The notes beneath the pieces are model-generated. The model had not been told where the DNA came from, searched no databases, and worked only from the letters and a program-made list of their open reading frames with translations. From contig NC_089433.1 in the NCBI RefSeq assembly GCF_026210795.1, positions 2,790,001 to 2,854,000 of the forward strand: a stretch of DNA of 64,000 nucleotides. Direction: 5' to 3'. Positions 12,401-25,080 of this stretch are shown here, in pieces. The translations under genes and the position numbers were made by a program. Position 1 is the stretch's first letter. Each line of letters starts with the position of its first letter. The stretch comes from Rhizophagus irregularis. Lineage: Eukaryota.

Positions 12401-13288
12401 TATTTTTATACCATGCAACTGACAAACTTTTATATGTTTAGGCAATCATCAAAAAGTTTTATACTTGGGCAACAATCTGAAGGACAATGTAGCACATATA
12501 TGATTGAACTCTCAAATAGAATCAAACATATACAAAATCAATATTTATCAAGAATTTCTTGTGGATTAGAAAGTAAAGAATGGTAAATGTAAAATAATTG
12601 TAAATTCAAGAAAGTGATATTTTATAATACTTATAATTCTTCAATTAACTTCTATTTCACGTTTAAATAGGATTAAAGGATTGGGGAAAAGAATACTTAG
12701 TTTTTGGTTACTTCATGCTAGTTTTGTACGACCATTGAGCGAAACAGGAAAATTGAAATTGATAAGTGATATGTCACAATTGGAATATTCTCTAAATCAA
12801 TTGCTTATTGATAATGGACTAACTTTAGCAGATTTAGATGAAGAATATAAAGCACTAAAATCTTTTAGGTTAGTTTTATATTAAATTGTTTTAAATTGTT
12901 AACCATAAGTTTACACTGAAATACTAAATTTATTTTCTTTATTTTATTTTTTTCTTCCAGACAATTATTATTTTTAGATAATTCTCAATTAACGGCAGCA
13001 CACCATACAGCATCACTTCCACTTATAATATTAATTCATCATATTATTGTTCGTTCATCTTCAAATAATAATAATTTGAGCATATTACAATTACCACATA
13101 AAATTTATGGATGGTCGGAACTAGAATACTCTAAGTGGCTTGATGAACATAATGAAGATGAGGCTATTGAGTTAATTAAAGGATGTTTAAGACCAAGTGC
13201 AGAATTAGAAACAAATAAAGAGGAGGAATTAGTTGAGGAAAAAATGGTTAGAAATTTATTAAAAGAAAGAGCTGGAATTGAAGTTTAA
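9459..13288 (+). CDS. COG5: Conserved oligomeric Golgi complex subunit 5 (multi-exon)
   Basis: N-terminus FLSNNFDPKEYAN..SLAKLSFSIDNLNKQLHDQV. Internal FLQQTFVGGYPKLLRLFHEFF and SSFEAGYLARS. C-terminal HASFVRPLSETGKLKLISDMSQLE and LPHKIYGWSELEYSKWLDEH. More than 15 short introns. Confidence 0.88.
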
Positions 13289-13522
13289 TTTAATAACATA
13301 CAATTTCAAAAAAAAAAGGCAAGAAAAAAAAAATATTAATAATCTAATATATAATTATCGTTTTTAGGCTTTTTTATATTTAATAAATTGAATTTGTTTT
13401 AACAATGTTCCAATAATTGGTTTAAATATAAAATATACTAAATTTAAGATTTCTGATGACATAAAAAAGTAACCGCTGACTCTATAGTGAAAATTATATT
13501 ACTTATTACAAAATTGTAAAAA

Positions 13523-14860
13523 TTATAATACATTAAGGTTTGGAAAAGAAACATTATTATCATTCATTAAATTACAAAGTGATTCTCTCATCCCTTCATC
13601 ACAACCATGGTTCATAAAAATAAAAGAATGAATGATCGGTTGAAATGTTTGTTTAGTTGGTCGAAAACCATGTTCTTGAAATTTAATAACAGTTTCAAGA
13701 GCAACAGAAGAATTTCGTGCACGACATAAATTAACAATTATTTTATTAAACGATATTATATCTAAAGGAATTTCATTATTAGCCATTTGATGAAGAACAA
13801 CTAAAGCCTCATTAAATTTCTCATTTCTTAACAAACAACTCATCAAGTAAATATACATATGCTTTCGAATTTCCCTTGGTCTCATTTTACCCAATTTTAA
13901 GTCAGAAGATATGTCAAAATCATGGTCATCAATTTCTGAATTTGTAGTATCTTTAAATATATTATGCATTGCATACCTCATACTCAAGAAAGCGCTTAAT
14001 CCGATTCCAGTCACAGCTAAAGTATTAATATCCTGTACAACTGTTGCAAGGCTAAATATAAGCCATTTGGCAATGAGAGCACCAATTCCTAAATGTATCA
14101 TTGTTTTCACCCAAACTTTTGATTTTAGAGAGAAAAATATTGAATTTATTGAAGAGTCTATTGTGTTAAAAGCTTGATCCAAATCTGATTTATTGGCACA
14201 AGCAAAAATCAATGATTTATAAGTTCTAATATCCAATATAATGAAAGTCTTTAACATCTCATTATAAGCAGCGAATGCAAGATCAGTTCTTTTTGCTATT
14301 CCACATACCAAAATATACGAATTATAAACATCAACTGTCTTACAATTCTGATCCAAACCTTCAATAATTTGATTTGCAACTCTTATTACATCATCCGTTG
14401 TTGTATGTGTCTTTGATGGTACGTCTATCCAATATTTTGACATATCTTCACTTACTGAATTCATCGAAAAATCATTTAATGGAATCTTATTTTGTTCGTC
14501 AAGAATTAATCTTGAACATGCCTTAAACGCTTCTCTAATCGTGTGTGGATGTGGAATGTGATATTTATGAAAAAGTCGAATCACTAAATTCTCAAGTTGT
14601 GTTATATTATCGCAATTTTTAAACAATTTATCAAAACTTTCTGTTGAATATTTATTCTTTGGTATCATAAAAAATGTTTGTGTTTCATCACGTAAACAAT
14701 TATCTAAATTATCGTTAATAGACGTAAGTTTTGTAAATTTTCGGGTTTGTAAAAATCTAAGAGTAGGATATTTTGAATGAAAATTGATTTTCGTATAACT
14801 TTGAAACCTGCCATATATCATCTTAACATTTGCAAAGTATATTTTTGAAAATTTTGACAT
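13523..14860 (-). CDS. Pentatricopeptide-repeat (PPR) protein, probably mitochondrial, intronless, 445 aa
   Basis: Basic/hydroxylated N-terminus resembles a presequence. PPR motifs VYNSYILVCGIAKRTDLAFAAYNEM, TYKSLIFACANKSDLDQAF and SFNKIIVNLCRARNSSVALE..GFRP. Confidence 0.82.
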   Translation of the reverse strand: MSKFSKIYFANVKMIYGRFQSYTKINFHSKYPTLRFLQTRKFTKLTSINDNLDNCLRDETQTFFMIPKNKYSTESFDKLFKNCDNITQLENLVIRLFHKYHIPHPHTIREAFKACSRLILDEQNKIPLNDFSMNSVSEDMSKYWIDVPSKTHTTTDDVIRVANQIIEGLDQNCKTVDVYNSYILVCGIAKRTDLAFAAYNEMLKTFIILDIRTYKSLIFACANKSDLDQAFNTIDSSINSIFFSLKSKVWVKTMIHLGIGALIAKWLIFSLATVVQDINTLAVTGIGLSAFLSMRYAMHNIFKDTTNSEIDDHDFDISSDLKLGKMRPREIRKHMYIYLMSCLLRNEKFNEALVVLHQMANNEIPLDIISFNKIIVNLCRARNSSVALETVIKFQEHGFRPTKQTFQPIIHSFIFMNHGCDEGMRESLCNLMNDNNVSFPNLNVL

Positions 14861-17800
14861 GGTTTCATGAAAAAAAAAAACAAAAAAAGGATAGAAAAAT
14901 TAACGTTAATGTTTAATCTTTGTACAAGAAACAAAACTTGGCTAATCATGATCCAACTAACCAAGTGTAACCGCAAATCTGCCTCATACAAAAGATGCAT
15001 TTTTTTACACAAACTATTTCAAATAGAGAAAGTGAAAATCAATTTTTGAGTTAAATGATGAAATTTATTAGTCATGAAAATTTATCGATTACCATGAGCC
15101 TAATTGATTTTTTTAAAACAAATATAGAATTTAATATTGCTGTAAAATCAACAAACTCAATACATTTTTTGCGAGAATTTGTAATTCTTTTTAATTATTT
15201 AACTTGGTCATAAAACATACACCATTCTTAATGTACATTATTTTAATTGCTGTACAGGTCGACAAAGAAACTACTCAATTCCATAAATATTTCATAATTT
15301 TACCATCTCTTGAGTTTTTAATACAGCACTTCAAATGTATAAAAAAAAAAACTTTCACGAAAATATAACAATTTATTCAGTTATAGGATGAAAAATTTTC
15401 AAAATTATGTGAAAACATTGAATGGAAATTCTAATTTTTATTAAAGCGGATAGATATAAAGTTTTGATGACGATATCATTAACGAAAAAAAGCAATTTTG
15501 ATTCTAAAAATTGATTTGCAGGATTTGAATCATTTACTTCTGTTGGTTAAATGATAGTAAAAATATTTTTTGCTTATCATAGATGAGTACAGTTCATTTT
15601 GAGACATACTCTAACCCGATATTGAGATTGGAAAAAATGGGTAACAGTTCAAATTTAAAAATATCAAGTAAGAAATAGAAATTTGACAAATCTAATCCAT
15701 CTATTCAATTAAACAACTCATTACTCCATTGTCAATATTTTTATAAAATATTTGTTCATAATGCATTAACATTAGAAACCACTAACCGAAATTAAAGTAG
15801 TCCTACTTATGAATGTAGAAGTTTATTAGAAGTAAACACGTTTTTTAAAGTTATTCTCAAATAAATAAAAGGTGTATTTTGCTCTAAAAGAAAACCAAAA
15901 AATAAGCAATGTGAGCTATTAAAAGAATAATAGAGTGAGTAATAAAATCCAAAATACCTACAATATCGAATTGACAGAAAACTGCGGCACAGTTATTTTT
16001 AGGGAATTGGTAAACCTATTATTATTCTTTCTAAGTGCTAAATGTCCAAAAAAAAATATCTTAATATATAATTAAGTTTTGGTTTAGTTTCTTCAAATTA
16101 TTACATGTGCTGCATAATCTTTTGATTTTTAGATTGATAAATGATAATTGGGATCAATTTCCTCGTATATACTAAGTATAAATGCAGTTCAGTATATTTT
16201 GTACGAATATGTTTAATCGTTTCTCTGGTTTTCTCTGGTTATTAGGAGATCTTGAATTTTCGAGTTCCAAGTAGTTGACCATTTTGAGAAAGTTCAAAAT
16301 GCTTTTTTTAGTTAGATAAAAAAAAGCAGGGAATTATTGTTTATGCACTCGTAATCGATACACCATGTATAGTTGAGTTATTTATATCTTAGATCAAATG
16401 TATACAAAATCGGATAAATTACTTATCACGCTAAAGAAAAAATATATATGTATATCACTACATGGACATATCTGTGACTTTATTTAAAGGACACCCATAA
16501 GTTTGTTTAAAATTACTGGAATTAGTTTTACTTTAAATCAAATTACTAACATATACACTAAATCTGTTAGGAGTATAAGATCGATAGATAATTATATATT
16601 ATCAAAAGTTTCTAAAATTTTAAAAAAGTACTAATGACTTATCATTAACCAATGATTGAGAATTTTTGAATGTCGAAATATTTATTAACTATTTGATGAT
16701 AGCTCATACCTGGAAAACGCGTTATCCACATATGGTTTTTTAAATAAAACCAATGAACCAATAGATAAAATTTTAAAGAAATTAACATTTTATTAATTGT
16801 TAAATTGTTCTTCATATATTTTTATCTTAAAAAGGTTAAAACTTGTTATTTATTACCTAATATTATTAAAACATTTTAAATTACTAAATTAGAATTATTA
16901 TTGGCATAAAAATGGCTTTAGGTTTTGTTGAACTTCTATACCCTTGTATTACGTCTAATTACGTTCTTGTATTACAATTTGATTCCACTAAGAAATTTCT
17001 AAGCGGCTGTTGACAAATATTGAATTATTGATATTAATAATAATAATAAACTTTAAGGGATAAAAGATAATATGAAGAACAAGTTTCCATTGTCAAAAAA
17101 AAAAACTCTAATTATGATAAATTTCATTAAAAAGGTAAAACAAGAGAGATTTAAGAACAGAAAAAAAAAATGCTAATAAAAAAAAAATAGATTAAAGTTA
17201 GAAAAAAATTCTTTGTCTTAGAAGCTTGAAATGTTAAGAGAATCTTTGATCCACAAAATATTTACTTTATTTATTTGTAATCCCAATAAATTTATATTTT
17301 GTAATCTTTATATGTTTAACATTTTTTTGGGAAAAGGAAAAAAAAAAAATTGTTATTTTGGATTATTTACAAAATATTATTCAAAATCAAATGTTAAAAA
17401 ACGTGAAATTTAAATTTTTATTAATTCTATTGCATAAAATACAAAGAAAAAAAAAAAAAAAAATGTAAACATTATTAAAAATTAAGGCTTTGCTAAACGA
17501 TAGTCGGAATTGTCCAGGTTTAGATTGGTTAAGGCGAAGCAAATCGATTCGATATTTAACTTTATTAAGTAAAATGAGAAATGCAATTACGCCAGTAATA
17601 TGAAAATTGAATATGAATTAAAGAGCGAAAGAAAAATGCCGTGGCGCAGAAATAAAATGCGCCAAAATATATTCATAGATTGTTATATATAATAATAGAA
17701 GTAACGTAACACAACTAACATGAAACTGGCAATGCAGGGATGTTTATAAATAAAATGTGCATATACGGTTCTAAAAAGATAGATTGAATTTTCCCAAGTA

Positions 17801-19083
17801 TAGAATTTACAATAAAAACGTTTAACTTTTTAAAATCATTCTCTCTAACTAATATAATTTTTTTGATTGTTTGATTGAGTGATAGACCTCGTATATTAGG
17901 GTCAATTTCATGCGAAAGGAATATGAAATCTAAAGTGAGAACAAAAAAAAACCTTTTCGGAATACAACGGGTGTTCAATTACGTCACAATATTTAAAATT
18001 CAACTACAATATTATCATATAAAGAACAAAACAATTTATGCATGATTCAAGAATCACATTTCCTAATTCAAAATATGTAAATAAAGGTTAATCAGGCCAT
18101 AAATGATTGTTTTATTTATGATTACCCTTTATGGAAAGGTTTGAGTTCGAAGGCGCCATAACGGAAGATCTTTGAAAGCGGGATAGAAAAATATCGAAAA
18201 AAAAAATTCACGATTAGTGGCTTATACTTTTTTCTCCCGCTTAACCTGTTTTTTATTTCATTAAATTAAAATAATTTTTATTTTTTTGTTAGATCTGCAA
18301 ATTAACGGGTAAATGGGTAAATTAACTGATAGTTAAAGTAATATAATAAGTTATAATAATTATATATTTAAATTTTTTTTTTTTATCGTTAATTTATTTT
18401 TAAATTGCGACAATGAACAATTACTTAATCATAAGTTAAGTAATTACATTTTAATGTTTCCCTATTTATTAATTATTATCCGATTACAATGAAACAAGAT
18501 AAGCCGATGATCATCGCCTTTTAATTATAGCAAAGTTCAATTTTATTTTTGCCAAAATAAATCTTATTTATATTGTTATACAGTTCTTTTTTTAAAATAG
18601 TAATTTTGTTAAAAATATTACCCGAATTATTCTATGCGGGTAGCTTATTTAATATAAAAAAAATCTTCCTGTGCATCCGAAATAACCTTTTAAGTAAAAC
18701 TCGGAAGTAACAATCATTACATTGAAACAATTTCATATAAAATACTATGAATCTTCATTTTTTTTCCGATAAAGTTTCTCGATTTTTTGTTTCGAAAACT
18801 TTTTTCGGTTTTCCATTTCCTTTTTTCTTTTTTCCCCGAGTATAATATTAGTAATAAAATAAATAAAATACGTAACGTTTTTTATTTATTTTATTTTCGT
18901 TTCTTTTTTTTTTAAAAAAAAAAATCGATACTTTAAGATAAATAAATAAAAAAAAAAAATTTAAAATATATATATACCTATATAATTAAAATAAAAAAAT
19001 TAAAGTTTTCTTTTAAGATTAATAAGATTTTCACGTTTTTCTAAATTATATTCGAGAAAAAAAAAAAGAAGGGAAATAAAAAA

Positions 19084-19115
<32 letters not shown>

Positions 19116-19171
19116 TTATTTTAGTTGCCACTTTATTTATTTTAAAGTGGTTAATAATATGATCATCAAAA

Positions 19172-22100
19172 ATGATGTATAATTATAAAGAATTAAAATT
19201 ATCATTAATAGCATTTATTTTATTATTTCTTATAATAGATGTAACAAATTCACTTACTGAAGTATCATATCATGAAACAGAATCAAATTTACAAGTACTT
19301 GAAGGTGATTCATTTTCGGATAATAGTTTAATACTTCGTCTTGTTAAACCATCTCAATTAGATAATTGTTATGAACCAAAATTATATTTAAGATTAGTTA
19401 AATCTGATGGTACTGTACAACCATTAGATCTTGGTGATGATATACCTCAAAATAATTTTTGTAAAATTGATCCATTAACTGGTACCTCATTTCATAAAAA
19501 TAAACATCATAATCATTGTCGAAAAAGATGGGATAATTGTGATGATCATAACAACAATAATGATAATAATAATGATAATAAAAATAATAATAATGGAAGT
19601 AATGGAGGTCCTAATGGAGGAAATAACAATGGAGGTAATGGAGGTCCTAATGGAGGGAATAATAATGGTGGTAATGGAGGTCCTAATGGAGGGAATAATA
19701 ATGGTGGTAATGGAGGTCCTAATGGAGGGAATAATAATGGAGGTAATGGAGGTCCTAATGGAGGGAATAATAATGGAGGTAATGGAGGTCCTAATGGAGG
19801 GAATAATAATGGAGGTAATGGAGGTCCTAATGGAGGGAATAATAATGGAGGTAATGGAGGTCCTAATGGAGGGAATAATAATGGAGGTAATGGAGGTCCT
19901 AATGGAGGGAATAACAATGGAGGTAATGGAGGTCCTAATGGAGGGAATAATAATGGAGGTAATGGAGGTCCTAATGGAGGGAATAACAATGGAGGTAATG
20001 GAGGTCCTAATGGAGGAAATAATAATGGAGGTAATGGAGGTCCTAATGGAGGAAATAATAATGGAGGCAATGGAGGTCCTAATGGAGGGAATAATGGAGG
20101 TAATGGCGGAACACCAGGAGGAGCACCGGGAGGAGCACCAGGAACACCAGGTGGAGCGCCAGGTGGTGCACCAGGAACACCAGGTGGAGCGCCAGGTGGT
20201 GCACCAGGAACACCAGGTGGAGCACCGGGAGGAGCACCAGGAACACCAGGTGGAGCACCAGGAGGAGCACCAGGAACACCAGGAGGTGCGCCAGGTGGAG
20301 CACCAGGAGCACCAGGAGGAGCACCGGGAGGAGCACCAGGAACTCCAGGTGGAGCTCCAGGTGGAGCACCGGGAGGAGCACCAGGAACACCAGGAGGAGC
20401 ACCGGGAGGAGCACCAGGAACACCAGGAGGTGCGCCAGGTGGAGCACCAGGAACACCAGGTGGAGCACCGGGAGGAGCACCAGGAACACCAGGTGGTGCT
20501 CCAGGTGGTGCACCAGGAACACCAGGAGGAGCACCGGGAGGAGCACCAGGAACACCAGGAGGAGCACCGGGAGGAGCACCAGGAACACCAGGAGCGCCAG
20601 GTGGAGCACCAGGAACACCAGGAGGAGCGCCAGGAACACCAGGAGCACCAGGCGGAACGCCAGGAGCACCAGGTGGAGTACCAGGAGCACCAGGTGGAGT
20701 ACCAGGAACGACACCAGTTCCTTTACCAGCAATACCTCCAACAAATAGTCTATTTGATAATATACACGTATATGCAATATCAAAAGAATATATCCTACTT
20801 ACATATTATTGTAATATACCTACATCAAATGAATTATGCGGTAAACTTATAGATTTTAGTGGTGCAACAAAAAAGTAAGTAACACTTTGTTAAACTTTAT
20901 TTCGTTAATTTATAACTAACTATTATTTATTTTTTTAGTATGACAGTATTTAATAATTTTAATGGCTTATGTACGAATCCTAAAATTATCAATAGTAATT
21001 ATGATGATGGTGGATTTTTGTATACTTGTTATAAACAAGATACTGCATCGATAGTATGGACATCTTATTCAGCACCGTAAGTCCCAAACAATTTTTTTTA
21101 ATAAAAATACAAACGCGAAATGATTTAACATTTTTTCCCTAAATAATTTAGGAGTATTATTGATGGTACGATAAAAGAAAAATATAGCGGGGAAGTAGGA
21201 AATATTACAAGATATGATTTAACATATATGTTCCCAACAGAAGGTAGAGGATATGCAATAGTAAATGGATTTCTTAGTAATACGCAAAGCACACTATCAC
21301 AGTGGGTAGTATTGGCAAATTTCATAACAAATGATGGACAAACTAAAGGAACTTTTGTTATTTTTTCACAATCTACTGAAACGAGTGCAATCAAAAGTAT
21401 ACCAAGGTGTAATATTGCATATCAATTATATGGATATAGTTGTATATTATATATCGAATCTACTGAAAAAACTTTTATAAATATTGATTTCACATCAAAA
21501 GGAGCTGTATTGAATTCACAAATGTTTAATGTGAGTCAATTAAATAATAATAATCAATTATATGATGTTAGAAATCTTTGGAAAGGTGGAGAATGTTTTG
21601 TTATTACTGAACAACTAGACCAAAATGTACGTGGATATGTGTATAGTAACGACGGAATATACAATAATACTTGGAATTTACCCGATACTTATACTTATAC
21701 TAGTAAAATTTTTGGAATATTTCCTGATAATACAGTTTGGGCTATTGCTACTGGTAGCTCCATTGCTGCAAATCAATGGATTACTGTTTATTCAACTGCT
21801 TTGACAACATATTCAACAGTTCAAGGAGATACAGGATATGGCTCATATTCAATATTATCAACAGTACCAGAAAGAAATGCAGTAATAAAACCGGGTCTTG
21901 ATCAAATTACGATAGCATATGTAATGAGCAACATTGAACCATCAACAGGTTATATAACAATTAGTCAAAAGAATCCAAATGGAATAGGTAACGATTTCGT
22001 TAGAACCAAAATACCCGCAAGTTCATCTCCATCCGGAACCACAAATAATGCAAATAACGTTACTATAAATGGATCATTAGTGACTGTTAAGTTAGAAGAT

Positions 22101-24114
22101 TATATTTTTGATAGAGGAAATGCTACATATGTTGTTAAAATTGATGATGATTTTGTTGAAGTTAATGGACAGAATTTAATTGGTGGCTCTTGGCAAGTTT
22201 CAACAGGTAAATATTTTTGATTTCCATTTTTTATTTAATAAAATGAATTAACTTTGATCTTTCTTTTTTTTAAAAAAAAAAATTTTAGAACCTGGTAGTG
22301 GAAAGAATGAACCAGGTAATTTTTTTAATCATCATCATTATTACCATAAATTTAAGATATCGAAATATTTTTAATTATTTTTTTTTTTTTTTTTTAAATA
22401 GGTGGCACGAGATCATCTATTCTATTAACTCCAGATGGAACAAAAAATTATTTAGAAATTAAGAAGAAAGATGATGTAAAGACATATGTTAATGGATTGT
22501 CTGATGAAATTTCAAGGGCACTTGCGATTGAAAAAGGGCGTATTTTTATACCGTATGAGAGATATCAATATAATAGAAACACACGTGAAGATCAAATTTT
22601 GTTACGCGTAGACGTTAAAGACACCAACATGCCAGATCAACCAAGTTCGAATGCATTAAGAAATAGTTTAGATAAAGCTGTTTTATCCAAAGGTACTTCA
22701 TCAATACCAATAGGACCGTATACAGAAAGTTTAGATTCAACTTATGGATCTCCAGAATCTCGTAAGTTTATCAATAATTTTTTGAGGGAAAGGGGAGATT
22801 TCGTTTATTTTAAATATTATTTCTAATATGTACGTTTAAAATATTTAAATAGCTCACTTATGGCAAAGATATAGATACATATTAATTGGAGTAATAATTG
22901 GATTATTTTTATTAATATTATTTGCCTTAATTGCGAGAAAGAAGTTCCAAGGGGGAAGAAATTTCTTTACAATTGTTGTGTTTCCGCTTATTTTAGTAGA
23001 TTTTGTATTAGATATTATAGTATTAGCAGTTCATGGAAGAGATCTAAAATGGTTCTTCATTTGCGGGTGCGTATTTTTTTCTTTTTTTTTCTTGTAATAT
23101 TATATTCTAAATATACTAACAATTTTTTTTCCACAAATATATAATTATAGTTGGGTGTTCTTTTTAGTACCAATTCTTTTCAATATAATAATATCATGGT
23201 TCCTTATTGATTATCAATTAAATCATTCAAAACCTACTGAACATTGGTGGAAGGAAAATCCAAGGACCGCATTAGGATTTACACTCTTATCATGTATAGA
23301 TTTAGAAGCGTTAAACGTTGTATCATCAAGATGTGCAGGTTATAATGCATTGAATGCAAGATTTACAGAAAAAGGAAGAAAAAGAGTTTTAATATCCATT
23401 TTATTTATAACATTTATTGAAGATGTACCACAATTAATAATTTATGCGTTATATCAAAAATATATAGTTATAACAGAAATTATACCAATATTAGTGTTAT
23501 CATCATCATGCATAATATTATTATTTAAAATAATTTCATTTATTTATTTAATGTTCATTTATAAACCTCATAGAACTTTAACAAGTACGGTGGACAAAAT
23601 TGATGATACAAATAGTGATACAGCTAGTGTAGAAACAGGTGGAGGTGGAGCACCTACATCTGAAACTACAGCAAGACGTCAAGCCGGAGTAACAGAACTT
23701 GGTAATATTGGTAGATCAAGTGAAACTCGTACTGATGATGATAATAACGATAACGAAATAAAGGCAGAAAAGGCAGGACTTACTAAAGGAGGATTTTTAG
23801 CTGGTGATATTTATGGAGAAAAATCTCAAACTAGTAAACAAACTACTGAAGAAAAAATTGTTGAAGAAGATTCTAGTGAAGAAGAAACTTTTGAAGAAAA
23901 AGAAATTAAATATACTGAAGAACAACAAGAAACTGGAGAACAAGAAGAAACTACCACAACTACCACCACATATATTACAGAAGATGTAAGTGGTGATACT
24001 ACAGAAATAAATCCTAATACTGGAATTTCTTCATCACAATCTGAAGTCACGGAAACTGTAACAACCGAAGATGGAGATACCACCACTACTATTACTAAAA
24101 CTTTTTATGAGTGA
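19172..24114 (+). CDS. Large secretory-pathway membrane protein (~1486 aa, 7 exons): signal peptide, beta-rich ectodomain with Gly-rich repeat insert, Ig-like domain, multi-TM XK-like region, acidic Thr/Glu-rich tail
   Basis: Exons 19172-20874, 20939-21076, 21152-22206, 22289-22315, 22402-22761, 22853-23066 and 23151-24114 join in frame (4461 nt). Hydrophobic N-terminus; about 5 TM segments plus one shorter hydrophobic segment; FIEDVPQL motif. Confidence 0.82.
19593..20104 (+). repeat. Coding minisatellite, 36-nt unit ([12 protein letters not shown]) x ~14
   Basis: Near-identical repeats of GGAGGTAATGGAGGTCCTAATGGAGGGAATAATAAT. Confidence 0.95.
20105..20706 (+). repeat. Coding minisatellite, mostly 33-nt unit ([11 protein letters not shown]), ~200 codons
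   Basis: Repeats of GGAACACCAGGWGGAGCACCRGGWGGWGCACCA with synonymous variation. Confidence 0.95.
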
Positions 24115-24367
24115 TGGTGAAAAGAAGACTTTACGTTTCTCATCTTTTTTAGAGTAGTAGTTCAGATAGAGATTGAATCAAGAATGGTGAATCACTTTAT
24201 ATATATATATATATTAAAAAGTAAAAAATAATTATTAGAATCATTAGAAAGTTTAATATAGTGTTGGTAGAGGGTTAAATAATGTACCTTATGTTGTAAT
24301 TTTTTTTTTCTTTTTTATATAGCGTGTGTGTGTTATTTAAATAATTCCATTAAAAAAAACATTAATT

Positions 24368-25080
24368 TGATACGAATTGCTGGACAAATGCTTTAATTTT
24401 TATGACGAGTCTTTGCACTCCTATTTGCGTAAATTATCAACGATAATTTATCATGTAATCGTATATTCACAATATGAGCGTCCCAGCATATTTAAAATTT
24501 ACAGTATATTTCTGCGTTATAAAGTAAATCTTCTTTTATGACACGTGTAATTTGCGTTTCCCAAGTATAATTAAAAGGTATTATTCTCAAAGATTCTTAA
24601 AAAAATATTAATTGAACATAAACACTGACACGAATTGCTGGATAAATGCTTTGCACTCCTATTTGCGTAAATCATCAACGATAATTTATATATTCACAAT
24701 ATGAGCGTCCAGCATATTTAAAATTTACCTGACGTTTTTAATTAAAAAAATCATTAAAGTATATGTCTGCGTTATAAAGTAAACCTTCTTTTATGACGCG
24801 TGTAATTTGCGTTTCCCAAGTATAATTAAAAGGTATTATTCTCAAAGATTCTTAAAAAAAATATTAATTGAACATAAACACTGATACGAATTGCTGGATA
24901 TATGCTTTAATTCTTACGACGAATCTTTCATCGTGTAATCGTATATTCACAATACGAGCGTGATGGATAACCAACTTTTAAACTCCTTGAGTTTAAAATT
25001 TTTATGTCAAGTAAAATCATCCTTTATGTCACATTTCCCAAGTATAATAATTAAAAGGTATTATTCTCTAAGATTCTTAT
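24368..25080. repeat. Tandem triplication, ~257-bp period
   Basis: Unit start TGAYACGAATTGCTGGA at 24368, 24626 and 24882. Each unit shares TTCCCAAGTATAAT..AAAAGGTATTATTCTC..AGATTCTTA. Confidence 0.9.

Noticed and set aside
18853..18896. AT-rich inverted repeat upstream of the receptor-like gene
   Set aside because: The low-complexity AATAA/TTATT arms are expected by chance at this base composition.
19539..20852. Long alternative-frame and antisense ORFs (19539-20852 +, 19546-20070 -, 20079-20783 -)
   Set aside because: These are shadows of the stop-free coding minisatellites. Variation is synonymous mainly in the Gly-rich frame, which is also the frame carrying the signal peptide.
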